Assembly: GCA_027294635.1 (NCBI GenBank)
Contig: JAPULR010000207.1
Span: forward strand, 1 to 48,816
Length of the DNA: 48,816 nucleotides
Reading direction: 5' to 3'
Origin: Chloroflexota bacterium
Lineage (GTDB): Bacteria > Chloroflexota > Dehalococcoidia > Lucifugimonadales > GCA-2712585
The notes under the pieces are model-generated. The model ran no database searches. It was not told where the DNA came from and saw only the letters and a program-made list of their open reading frames with translations. Positions 17,667 through 26,239 of the stretch are shown here, in pieces. A program made the translations under genes and the position numbers. How positions within the stretch are numbered: position 1 is the stretch's first letter; each line of letters opens with the position of its first letter.

Positions 17667-18626
17667 TTAGTTGACAGGGGCCAGCAGAGCCTCGATGAAC
17701 TCCTCTGGGTTAAAGGGAGCAATGTCTTGAATCTGCTCGCCGGTGCCAATGTACTGAATAGGAAGTCCTAGCTCCTTTTTAATAGCCAGGGCTATACCCC
17801 CCTTGGCTGTGCCGTCCAGCTTGGTTAGGAACACGCCGGTGCAGCTTACCGCCTCGGTAAAGGCCCGGGCCTGGGCCAGGCCATTGTGACCAATGGTGGC
17901 GTCGAGGACCAGCAGCACCTCGTGAGGCGCCTGGGGATCAAGGCGGTTGACCACCGACCTGATCTTCTTCATCTCCTCCATGAGATTGGTCTTGGTGTGA
18001 AGGCGTCCGGCTGTGTCTATGATTAAGACCTCACCGCCCCTTGCCCTGGCGGCCTTAAAGGCGTCATAAGCCACGGCGCCGGGATCTGCTCCCTGGCTAT
18101 GGGCTATAACATCTACGTCTACTCGTTGTCCGAGGATTTGCAGCTGATCGATGGCGGCAGGTCGAAAGGTGTCGGCGGCGGCCATGATTACCTTGTTGCC
18201 CATCTGCTGATAGTGGGCGGCGAGCTTGGCGATGCTGGTGGTCTTCCCAACGCCGTTCACTCCAACCACCAGGATCACGTAAGGTGAGGCTTCAGACTTA
18301 TTACCGTTCAGACCGTTGGGGCTTTGACCGTTTGAGGCCAAGACAGAAACCAGCTCTTCTTTGAGGGCCGAGAACACCTCTTCCGGTTGCCGCAGAGACT
18401 CGTTTTGGGCCCGCTTCCTCAACCCCCCTATAATGGCGAAGGAGGTGTCAACGCCAACATCCCCTGAAATAAGCACCTCCTCTAACCTCTCCCAAAGGGA
18501 CTCATCCAGATCGGAGCTTCGCAGGATGCCCATGATACGGCCAAACCAGGCGCCACGGCTCTTCTGGACCGCCGCCTCAGTTTTCTCCCTGGTCTGCTCG
18601 TCGCTTCGCCTAAAAAATCTAAGCAT
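17667..18626 (-). CDS. ftsY: Signal recognition particle receptor FtsY
   Basis: 319 aa with SRP-GTPase motifs [22 protein letters not shown] and [10 protein letters not shown]. Confidence 0.95.
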   Translation of the reverse strand: MLRFFRRSDEQTREKTEAAVQKSRGAWFGRIMGILRSSDLDESLWERLEEVLISGDVGVDTSFAIIGGLRKRAQNESLRQPEEVFSALKEELVSVLASNGQSPNGLNGNKSEASPYVILVVGVNGVGKTTSIAKLAAHYQQMGNKVIMAAADTFRPAAIDQLQILGQRVDVDVIAHSQGADPGAVAYDAFKAARARGGEVLIIDTAGRLHTKTNLMEEMKKIRSVVNRLDPQAPHEVLLVLDATIGHNGLAQARAFTEAVSCTGVFLTKLDGTAKGGIALAIKKELGLPIQYIGTGEQIQDIAPFNPEEFIEALLAPVN

Positions 18627-18633
18627 AGCTGCC

Positions 18634-19341
18634 TTATCGTTGTGAAGCTGAGGAGGAGGTAAAAGCTTCTATCGCCCTGCTAGCCGCCCCTCGCTCGGCG
18701 TCCAGCTTCCTCTTGCCGCTACCGCTGCCCAGAACCCTATTCTCCACCAGCACTTCTACTGTGAATGTTCGGCTGTGATCTGGCCCCTCTGCATTAACCA
18801 CCCGGTAGTGAGGAGGCTCGCCGCCCCCAGCCTGAACCATCTCCTGGAGCTGGGACTTGGGGTCCTGAGGGGCTCCGGATTTTTCCGCCCGTTTAATTTC
18901 ATCGGCCACGAGATCCAGGATGAGAGTCTTGGCGATATCGGCCCCTTGATCGAGGTGGACGGCGCCTATCAATGCTTCCAGAGCGGCGGCCAGGTTGGAG
19001 TCCCTACACCTTCCTCCGCTGGCTTCCTCGCCCCGGCCCATATCAAGATAGTCGCCCAGACCCAACTCTGCAGCTATACAGGCCAGGGACCTTTCTTGGA
19101 CCAGATGGGAGCGAAGCTTCGTAAGCTCCCCCTCCGACAGTTCAGGATACCGTTGGAATAGCTCCAGGGCGGTAACCGACCCTAGAATAGCATCCCCAAG
19201 AAACTCCAACCTTTGGTAGGAGGCCGCACGTAGGCCGGGATTCTCGTTGAGGTAGGAGGGGTGTGTTAAGGCCTCAACTAGAAGGCTGGGCCTGTTAAAC
19301 GCCAGGCCCAGCCTTTGTTGAATCCTGTCCGTTTGCGACAA
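18634..19341 (-). CDS. rnc: Ribonuclease III
   Basis: RNase III signature ALTHPSY...QRLEFLGDAILG plus a C-terminal dsRNA-binding domain. The ORF track starts at ATG 19419, which would overlap the upstream gene by 70 nt. An in-frame TTG at 19341 gives the usual ~12 residues before LGLAFN and an 8-nt gap after the upstream stop. The start is uncertain. Confidence 0.88.
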   Translation of the reverse strand: MSQTDRIQQRLGLAFNRPSLLVEALTHPSYLNENPGLRAASYQRLEFLGDAILGSVTALELFQRYPELSEGELTKLRSHLVQERSLACIAAELGLGDYLDMGRGEEASGGRCRDSNLAAALEALIGAVHLDQGADIAKTLILDLVADEIKRAEKSGAPQDPKSQLQEMVQAGGGEPPHYRVVNAEGPDHSRTFTVEVLVENRVLGSGSGKRKLDAERGAASRAIEAFTSSSASQR

Positions 19342-19349
19342 CCTATCTC

Positions 19350-19985
19350 TTATGAGGCCGGCTTGACGCCCGCTGGCCACGGTGGCTGGGGACGCTTGAT
19401 CTCGCCAATGTTGACCCATTGGGACATCAGCTTGGTGAGACTGTCGTAAATCTCCACCGCATCTTCTTGGGAAGGATAGTACATCTTGAGGAAGGCTGAA
19501 CCGCCATTGGGAAAGACAAAGGTGGGAACGCCAAAAGCGCCGTATTTCTCCGTCGCCTCCGTATGACTGTCGGCTATCGTCTTGACAACGGAAGGGTCCT
19601 CCATATCTTCCCTAAGCCGGGAAATGTCTAACCCCGCGCTCTTGGCCGCGTCCAATATCACGTCAAGGTCCGTGAGGTCCTTGCGGTCCACGTGACGGGC
19701 CTCCAACAGGGCCATATGGAAGGCGTCGTACACGGCTTCTCCTTGCCGCATAGCGGCAATACCGGCCTTGAGAGCCAGCATCCCACGAACGTTCTCCTCT
19801 GCCGGTCGCTCCCAGGCCTTCCAGTCAGGGCCTTCCTTGCTGTTAGCCTGCGCTAGAACAAAGGGTCGCCATTCGATGTTAGGGCGCTCCCCCTTCCCCT
19901 TCTCCACACGTCGCAACCACACGGTCGCGTTATACACGTAAGGTCAGGTATAGTCGTAAAATACCGTTATCTTGTCCTCTGCCAT
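19350..19985 (-). CDS. Cytoplasmic DsbA-like / HCCA-isomerase-like thioredoxin-fold protein, candidate selenoprotein (in-frame TGA at 19946..19944, U-P-Y-V motif)
   Basis: The ORF track gives 19350..19937 (GTG start). The same frame upstream reads ATG(19985..19983) AEDKITVFYDYT TGA PY-VYNATVWLRRVE..., with AAAGGAGGGCGTG 5' of the ATG. The TGA sits where this family has the CPxx or SPYxY active-site residue after the first beta strand (F-Y-D-Y-x-[C/S]-P). The cis-Pro loop GVPTFVF is present later. Confidence 0.65.
19912..19929 (-). promoter_or_regulatory. Putative bacterial SECIS-like hairpin 3' of the in-frame UGA
   Basis: mRNA CGCGAC-CGUGUG-GUUGCG forms a 6-bp stem (one G-U pair) with a G/U-rich 6-nt loop. 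It starts 14 nt after UGA(19946..19944), the same spacing as the hairpin at 577..595. Confidence 0.4.
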
Positions 19986-20149
19986 CACGCCCTCCTTTGG
20001 AAGAATTGTATCCACAGCCATAGCAAAAGTCAAAGAAATCTAGCTTTGGCAGCCCCAAATCCTGGCCCATCTCCATTGATCTGCTCCGTACACTGCGGGC
20101 TTCTGATGTGCGTAACACCATCCAATGGCCGAAGCCCAGACGCCAGGCG

Positions 20150-20158
20150 TGATATAAT
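20150..20158 (+). promoter_or_regulatory. Extended -10 element (TGaTATAAT) just upstream of cca
   Basis: TG at 20150..20151 and TATAAT at 20153..20158, only 11 nt before the ATG at 20170. This would give a leaderless or very short-leader transcript. No good -35 element. Confidence 0.3.
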
Positions 20159-20169
20159 TCCACCTGGCC

Positions 20170-21438
20170 ATGTCCCAAAGGCGCTCATCTCAATCACCAG
20201 CTAGCCTCCTCACCTCCCTCCGAAGCTCGCTCTCTCCCTCCGCCAATAGCCTCCTGAAGGCTTCAAAGGAGGGAGCTTCTCGGTTGGATATGCCTCTGTA
20301 CCTTGTGGGGGGGCCCGTAAGGGACATGCTCTTGGGACGGACGTCGGCAGACCTGGACCTGGTGGTTGAGGGGGATGCCACCAGGTTGGCCACCGAGGTA
20401 GCACAAGACCTAGCGGCCGAGGTTGTCACCCACCGCCGATTCGGCACGGCCACGATAAAGGTTGACCAGCAGCGGCTGGACCTGGCCACCGCTCGCCATG
20501 AGACCTACTCTCGCCCTGGAGCCCTGCCCAAGGTGACGCCTGGCTCAATCAATGAGGACCTACGTCGGCGCGACTTCACCATTAACGCCATGGCCCTGGG
20601 TCTCTCCGACCCCCGTACGGGAGAGCTCCTGGACCCATTAGCAGGCACGGCAGACCTGGAGCAAGGCCTGATTAGAGTAATGCATCCGGGAAGCTTTCGA
20701 GACGACGCAACTCGAATTTTCCGAGCGGTCCGCTACGAGCAACGGCTGTCCTTTCGCCTGGAGCCTGACACCCAGAGATACCTTACTCAGGCATTGGATG
20801 AGGGCATGCTGGCCACGGTGAGCGCCGATCGTCTCCGCCGGGAGCTGGGACTCATGTTATCGGAGGAACAGCCCCTTCAAGCGCTGATGAGAGCCGGAAA
20901 CCTCGGAGTCCTGCGGAGCCTGTACAGACCCCTGGGAAATGCTTCCTGGCTTGGTAGTTTCTCCCAAAGCAGAGAGCGAACCCAACCTCTTGTACTGGTG
21001 GCTGCATTAGCCTACCCATTGACCCCCAATGAAGGGGAGGCCTTTATTTCACGCCTCAATATGCCCTCCCGCTGGGCGGCAGTGGTACGAGACCTCACCC
21101 AACTAAAGGTGTTGCAAGATTCTTTGGCGGCACCGCAGCTATCCTCCTCATCCCTGTATCACCTGCTGGAAGGCCGTTCCATCGCTAGTATTAGCGCCCT
21201 TCTTCACCTCACCCCCAGCCCTGTGACGCAAGAGCGATTAACGAATTACCTGGAGCACCTACGCTATGTAAGGCCCGTCTTACGGGGCAAGGACCTGGTA
21301 TCTCTAGGCGTGCCCCAGGGTCCCAAGGTAGGGCAGGTTTTGCGCCAGCTCAAGGACGCCCGCCTGGAGGGCCGCGTGACCACCCGGAGGGAGGAGGCCG
21401 ACCTCGCATTGAAGTGTCTGGCGGCCAGGGAGGGCTAA
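20170..21438 (+). CDS. cca: CCA-adding tRNA nucleotidyltransferase / poly(A) polymerase family
   Basis: 422 aa with YLVGGPVRDMLLG...DLDLVV (nucleotidyltransferase head) and RRDFTINAMA motifs. Confidence 0.85.
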   Translation: MSQRRSSQSPASLLTSLRSSLSPSANSLLKASKEGASRLDMPLYLVGGPVRDMLLGRTSADLDLVVEGDATRLATEVAQDLAAEVVTHRRFGTATIKVDQQRLDLATARHETYSRPGALPKVTPGSINEDLRRRDFTINAMALGLSDPRTGELLDPLAGTADLEQGLIRVMHPGSFRDDATRIFRAVRYEQRLSFRLEPDTQRYLTQALDEGMLATVSADRLRRELGLMLSEEQPLQALMRAGNLGVLRSLYRPLGNASWLGSFSQSRERTQPLVLVAALAYPLTPNEGEAFISRLNMPSRWAAVVRDLTQLKVLQDSLAAPQLSSSSLYHLLEGRSIASISALLHLTPSPVTQERLTNYLEHLRYVRPVLRGKDLVSLGVPQGPKVGQVLRQLKDARLEGRVTTRREEADLALKCLAAREG

Positions 21439-21444
21439 GGAGCT

Positions 21445-21642
21445 ATGGAGGAGCAAACCTGCGTTGTTTGTGGCAGCATTGTGGACGACCTTGGGCTGGC
21501 CTCTTGCCAATACTGTGGTGGGCCCTTCCACCAGCCGTGGAAGACGGGGGACGATGGACCTTGTGGCCGCATCGTCAGCCACGGTGAGGCGTTAGCTCTC
21601 GCCTATATATGCAACAAATGCTACAGCGAAACCGAGGAGTAG
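21445..21642 (+). CDS. Small Cys-rich zinc-ribbon-like protein, function unknown
   Basis: 65 aa with CVVC...CQYC...C...CNKC spacing. It fits tightly between cca (6-nt gap) and the dehydrogenase gene. Confidence 0.5.
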   Translation: MEEQTCVVCGSIVDDLGLASCQYCGGPFHQPWKTGDDGPCGRIVSHGEALALAYICNKCYSETEE

Positions 21643-21656
21643 ATGAAGGCTGCAAC

Positions 21657-22694
21657 ATGAAAGCCGTCTTTATTGAGGGCCACGGAGGACCCGAAGTCCT
21701 CCGCTACGGGCAGCGGCCCGAACCCGCCATCGCTGACCATGAGGTGAAGGTGCGCGTCAGAGCCGTTGCCCTGAACCGGCTGGATACTTATGTCCGTGCA
21801 GGGGTACGGGGCCAGCGCAAGCAGTTCCCTCCTCCACTGATTCTGGGAGGAGACTCGGCGGGCGAGGTAGTATCGGTGGGGGACCGGGTGACGACACTAC
21901 AGGTGGGCCAGAGGGTGGTAATAAACCCCCGCATCTCCTGCGGGACGTGCTCATTCTGCCTCTCCGGGGATGACGACCTGTGCTCCAGCTTTCGATTCCT
22001 GGGCAGCGACGCCGACGGCAGCTACGCCGAGTTCGTATCGGTCCCGGCGGCCAATGCGTATCCCATTGCGGACCAGGTTTCCTTTCAAGAGGCCGCCGCC
22101 GTGCCAACGGTCTACCTGCCCATATGGAACATGCTCATCCGAAAGGCCCAGCTCAAGCCCTGGGAGACGGTCCTGGTGCTATCGGCCTCGGCGGGTGTGG
22201 GCACCGCCGCCATACAGGTAGCCAAAAACATCATCGGCGCCCGGGTTATAGCCACCACCAGCAGTCAGGAAAAGGCGGCCAGGGCACTGGAGTTAGGGGC
22301 GGACCACGTTATCAACTACACCTCTGAAGACATTACCGCACGGGTAAAAGAGCTTACCGAGGGCCAGGGGGTGGACGCAGTGGTGGACCACGTAGGGGCC
22401 CAGTTTTTTGAGGCGGCTTACAACTCACTGAAGCGTGGAGGACGGTACGGCGTCTGCGGGGTCACAACCGGGTATCAGGCCCAGCTTCAGTTGGGCACCC
22501 TGTTCACCAAGCAGCTACGGGTCTTTGGGGTGTACATGGGGTCCAAGGAGGACATGCGGCAAATCGTGGAGATGCTGAACCAAGGGAAGATTAAGCCTGT
22601 CATCCACCAGACCTTCCCCCTGAACCAGGCCGCCGAGGCCCACCGCGCCATGGAAGGCCGGAGCTTCTTTGGAAAGCTTGTGCTGACCCCCTAG
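21657..22694 (+). CDS. Medium-chain dehydrogenase/reductase (quinone-oxidoreductase-like) with structural-zinc loop
   Basis: The start is moved to ATG 21657 (MKAVFIEGHGG, with GAAGG SD). It has GroES-like and Rossmann domains (VLSASAGVGTAAIQ) and the structural Zn motif CGTCSFCLSGDDDLC. The catalytic-Zn Cys/His ligands are not evident (GGDSAGEV). Confidence 0.85.
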   Translation: MKAVFIEGHGGPEVLRYGQRPEPAIADHEVKVRVRAVALNRLDTYVRAGVRGQRKQFPPPLILGGDSAGEVVSVGDRVTTLQVGQRVVINPRISCGTCSFCLSGDDDLCSSFRFLGSDADGSYAEFVSVPAANAYPIADQVSFQEAAAVPTVYLPIWNMLIRKAQLKPWETVLVLSASAGVGTAAIQVAKNIIGARVIATTSSQEKAARALELGADHVINYTSEDITARVKELTEGQGVDAVVDHVGAQFFEAAYNSLKRGGRYGVCGVTTGYQAQLQLGTLFTKQLRVFGVYMGSKEDMRQIVEMLNQGKIKPVIHQTFPLNQAAEAHRAMEGRSFFGKLVLTP

Positions 22695-22807
22695 AACTTG
22701 CCACTGCCCGCGTTGACCGTCCATTGGACCTCTGCTAAACTCCCAGCACCTCCGAGGATGTGCTCCTACAGCTCTCTAATCATCTATCCCCCACGGTGAG
22801 ATAAATT

Positions 22808-23422
22808 ATGATCTACGAAGTGCGTACTTATTCCATCAAGCCCGGTGGGGTGGCCGAGTTCGAGAAGCGGTTCGGCGAGGCCCTTCCCCACCGCACGAAG
22901 TACTCTCCCCTTGGCGCTTTCTGGCACACCGAGATTGGACCTCTAAACGAGGTAATCCACGTCTGGCCCTACGAAGACCTGGAGGCGCGGACACGGATTC
23001 GAGAGGAAGCCGCTAAGGACCCCCACTGGCCCCCTGACGCGGCAGAGCTAGAATTGGATACCCGTAGTGACATCTTTATCCCCGCGCCATTTATGCGGCC
23101 TCTGAGTCCACAAAAGCTGGGAAACATCTACGAGATGCGGACGTACACCTTCCGGGTGGGCACTATGGGTGAGGTGCTGAAGCGATGGGGAGAGTGCGTA
23201 CCGCACCGCGAGAAGTTCTCTCCTCTGGCGGCCTGCTGGTACAGCGAGCTTGGAGAGCTTAACAAGTTCGTCCACATCTGGCCATACAAAGACCTGGCCG
23301 AACGGGACCGCATCCGCGCCGAGGCTGTGAAAGATCCCCACTGGCCACCTCCCACCAGGGAGTTCATGGTCAAAATGGAGAACAAAATTCTGATTCCCGC
23401 CGAGTTCTCGCCCCTGCGGTAA
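22808..23422 (+). CDS. NIPSNAP family protein (two tandem NIPSNAP domains)
   Basis: 204 aa made of two ~100-aa repeats. Each starts with YE[VM]RTY and ends with KDPHWPP. Confidence 0.8.
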   Translation: MIYEVRTYSIKPGGVAEFEKRFGEALPHRTKYSPLGAFWHTEIGPLNEVIHVWPYEDLEARTRIREEAAKDPHWPPDAAELELDTRSDIFIPAPFMRPLSPQKLGNIYEMRTYTFRVGTMGEVLKRWGECVPHREKFSPLAACWYSELGELNKFVHIWPYKDLAERDRIRAEAVKDPHWPPPTREFMVKMENKILIPAEFSPLR

Positions 23423-23436
23423 CAGGTTAAAACCGG

Positions 23437-23877
23437 CTACTCCAGCTCCATCAAGGGCGCGTGGATGTTGACCTGCTGAAGGGGCTTCACGTATATCTTT
23501 TTCACTGTCCCCGCCCGAGGTGCGCGAATGCTCTGCTCCATCTTCATCGCCTCAACAACACACACCTCATCACCAGCGACAACCTCACTACCGGGTTTGA
23601 CCTTAATGGCCAACACCTTTCCGGACATGGGAGAGCTTATCGTCCCACCGTTGGTCTGGGTAGACGCGGCAGAACCTGGGGGTGTTGGCGGAGATGATGG
23701 AATCTGAAGAGGTACCCTTGAGGGACTCACAGGCGTCCTGCGAGTCGGTGTCCCTTCCACCTCTACCAGGTAGGTCTCACCCTCAACGGTCACCTTGGCC
23801 GGGGAGCCTAAGGGTTCCTCTACTTCAACGGTGTACCAACGCTGCCCAACCTTGACCCGGACCCGCTTTACCGCCAA
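23437..23877 (-). CDS. accB: Biotin carboxyl carrier protein (biotinyl domain)
   Basis: 146 aa with a Pro-rich linker and the biotinylation motif VEAMKME. TTG start with GGGAG SD. It overlaps the accC stop by 10 nt. Confidence 0.85.
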   Translation of the reverse strand: MAVKRVRVKVGQRWYTVEVEEPLGSPAKVTVEGETYLVEVEGTPTRRTPVSPSRVPLQIPSSPPTPPGSAASTQTNGGTISSPMSGKVLAIKVKPGSEVVAGDEVCVVEAMKMEQSIRAPRAGTVKKIYVKPLQQVNIHAPLMELE

Positions 23878-25421
23878 CTCGATCTCCCTGCCTGCCTGGA
23901 GGCCATCTGCTCAGAGCGTCCGTAGATTCTCCAGGGGCTGGCTCCGTGTCCATTGCCATCAGCGAATGGGTGAGAGGCCCCGTTACTGGCGGCGATGAGA
24001 GCTACCGCCGTAGCGGCGGCCAGCTCCCTTCTGCTTGCCTCGCTTTGGGTTTCCGTACCCATGGGGCCTAACGACTCGTCGGAAGGGTGCTGCAGCTTGG
24101 AGACCAGCCAGGTGTCGTAGACGCCCGAGACAAACTCATCGCTCTCCACCACGCGGCGTAGGAAGGGTATGTTAGCGCTAACCCCCTCGATCTGGTAGGC
24201 CTCCAGGGCCGCAGCCAAGCGAGCCCTGGCCACCTCACGGGTCTCCCCCCAGGACATTAGCTTAGCCAGAAGAGGGTCGTAGTAGATACCCACTTCATAA
24301 CCGATGCCTATGCAACCGTCTATACGGATATGATCATTGATTCCCGGTTCGTGGAGCGCAGTTATGATACCGGCGGAGGGTAAGAAGGTGTCAGGGTCCT
24401 CAGCGTAGATACGGGCTTCCATAGCGTAGCCGTTGCTCTTGATGGACTTCTGCTTGAAGGGCATCTTCTCCCCAGCGGCGATGCGCAACTGCATCTCCAC
24501 CAGGTCTATGCCGGTGATCATCTCGGTGATGCCGTGTTCCACCTGGAGCCTCATGTTCATCTCCAGGAAGTAGAAGTCCCCGTCCGTGGATACCAGAAAC
24601 TCAACGGTGCCAGCGTTGGTGTAACCGATATGCTTGGCCAGCTTTAGAGCGTTCTTGGTGAGGGACTTACGGAGCTTGGAAGTCAGCTTTATGGAAGGGG
24701 CGATCTCCAGAATTTTCTGATTCCGCCGCTGCACCGAGCAGTCCCGCTCAAAGAGATGTATCGTCTTGTAGTTCTCATCGGCAAGAATCTGGACCTCGAT
24801 GTGAGAAGCGTGCTCCAGGTACCGCTCAAAGTAAAGGCGTCCGCTGCCAAAGGAGTTCTCCGCCTGATGGCGGGCCCGCTCAATAAGGGGCTCCAGCTCC
24901 TCGGGAGAGTAGACTATCTGCATGCCTATGCCGCCGCCGCCAGCGACGGCCTTGACCATTAGAGGGTACCCCAGCTTTTTCGCCCGTTTCAGGGCGCTGC
25001 CGTCACCAACGGCGGTGTTGGTGCCCGGAAGCACCGGAAGGCCAGCCTTTTGGGCAAGCTTACGGGCCACAACCTTATCCCCCATGGTCTCCATTACTTC
25101 CGGCGACGGCCCTATAAATTTGACGCCAGCCTTGCGGCAGGCAACGGCGAAGGCGGCGTTCTCCGAAAGGAATCCATAACCTGGGTGGATGGCCTCGGCG
25201 CCGGAGGTTTCGGCCACTTCAACTATCTTGACGATGTTGAGATAGCTCTCCGATGGAGGCGCCGGCCCTAGAAGGTAGGCTTCGTCGGCCATGCGGACGT
25301 GGAGGGCGTCTCTGTCGGCCTGAGAGTAGACGGCCACCGTCTGCACCCCTAGTTTTTGGCAGGTGCGAATAACCCGACAGGCTATCTCGCCCCGATTGGC
25401 TATAAGAATTTTGCTGAACAC
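23868..25421 (-). CDS. accC: Biotin carboxylase subunit (acetyl/acyl-CoA carboxylase)
   Basis: Canonical N-terminus MFSKILIANRGEIA if started at GTG 25421 (GGGGGTAAGG upstream); the ORF track starts at TTG 25436. ATP-grasp motifs are present. There is an extra C-terminal tail of about 70 aa beyond the usual ~450 aa. Confidence 0.93.
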   Translation of the reverse strand: MFSKILIANRGEIACRVIRTCQKLGVQTVAVYSQADRDALHVRMADEAYLLGPAPPSESYLNIVKIVEVAETSGAEAIHPGYGFLSENAAFAVACRKAGVKFIGPSPEVMETMGDKVVARKLAQKAGLPVLPGTNTAVGDGSALKRAKKLGYPLMVKAVAGGGGIGMQIVYSPEELEPLIERARHQAENSFGSGRLYFERYLEHASHIEVQILADENYKTIHLFERDCSVQRRNQKILEIAPSIKLTSKLRKSLTKNALKLAKHIGYTNAGTVEFLVSTDGDFYFLEMNMRLQVEHGITEMITGIDLVEMQLRIAAGEKMPFKQKSIKSNGYAMEARIYAEDPDTFLPSAGIITALHEPGINDHIRIDGCIGIGYEVGIYYDPLLAKLMSWGETREVARARLAAALEAYQIEGVSANIPFLRRVVESDEFVSGVYDTWLVSKLQHPSDESLGPMGTETQSEASRRELAAATAVALIAASNGASHPFADGNGHGASPWRIYGRSEQMASRQAGRSSWR

Positions 25422-25452
25422 GAACCTTACCCCCAATTATACATCTTTGGCT

Positions 25453-26238
25453 TCAACCCCTAGGTGCGCTGCTTTCGCTCTTTTGTCGCCCAACCTGGTC
25501 CATGAACGCCCTGGACCGCACCTCTCTGTCCAGCCAGTAGCGGGTTGCCCCATCCAAAATCGAACGAAGCTCCTGATGGAGAGAATCGGATACCTGAAGA
25601 CTCGACGAATTGGGCTCCAGGCTCCGGTGGAAGTGACGCAAGACCTTTAGAGCTTGAAGGGAGAGTGGAGCAATGCGCGCTCCTGTAGGCACGCACCCTG
25701 AGCAGAGCACCCCTCCCAAGTCAATGCTGAACCGGTGATCGCTGGGAAGGATCTGCTGACGGCATTCCACACACCGGTACAGCTCAGGCATAAACCCAGT
25801 AACTTGCAGCAAGCTCAACTGGAAATGAGGAACCGTTGCGTTGTCCTCTGGAGAGTCCTGTACCGCACGCAGCGCATCCAGGAACAGACTATACAAAGGT
25901 GGGTTGGCGCCATCCTCTATCGCGAAACCGTCCACCATCTCAGCCAGGTAGAAGGCCTTGGCAGTGGACTCAAGGCCGCTCTTCATAACATTGAAGGCTT
26001 CCAAGCTATGGGCCTGAGTTATGGTGTCCAAATTACGACCTTTGGACAGGGCCAGGTCTACCCTGGTGAGGAGCTCCAGGTGACCCATCTTCCTGCTGGT
26101 CAGCTTTCGGGCGCCCCAGGCCATAGCCCGCAGCTTTGAGCCATCCCGCGTCAAAAGGGTGACCAACAGGTCTCCCTCCCCCAGTGGAGCCGACTTGAGG
26201 ACAACCCCCTCGACCCTATAAAGCCTGCTCGCCGCCAC
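25453..26238 (-). CDS. recO: DNA repair protein RecO
   Basis: 261 aa with an N-terminal OB fold (YRVEGVVLKS..GEGD) and the zinc motif CVECRQ...CSGC. Confidence 0.9.
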   Translation of the reverse strand: MAASRLYRVEGVVLKSAPLGEGDLLVTLLTRDGSKLRAMAWGARKLTSRKMGHLELLTRVDLALSKGRNLDTITQAHSLEAFNVMKSGLESTAKAFYLAEMVDGFAIEDGANPPLYSLFLDALRAVQDSPEDNATVPHFQLSLLQVTGFMPELYRCVECRQQILPSDHRFSIDLGGVLCSGCVPTGARIAPLSLQALKVLRHFHRSLEPNSSSLQVSDSLHQELRSILDGATRYWLDREVRSRAFMDQVGRQKSESSAPRG

Positions 26239-26239
26239 G

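Noticed and set aside
19342-19419. ATG 19419 as the rnc start.
   Set aside because: It would overlap the last 23 codons of the upstream DsbA-like gene and add about 26 non-conserved residues. The TTG at 19341 fits typical RNase III N-terminal length. This remains unproven.
19930-20178. 82-aa minus-strand ORF spanning the dsbA-like/cca intergenic region.
   Set aside because: It is in a different frame from the DsbA-like N-terminal extension, which it overlaps. It has no SD and no recognisable motif, and it covers the cca promoter region.
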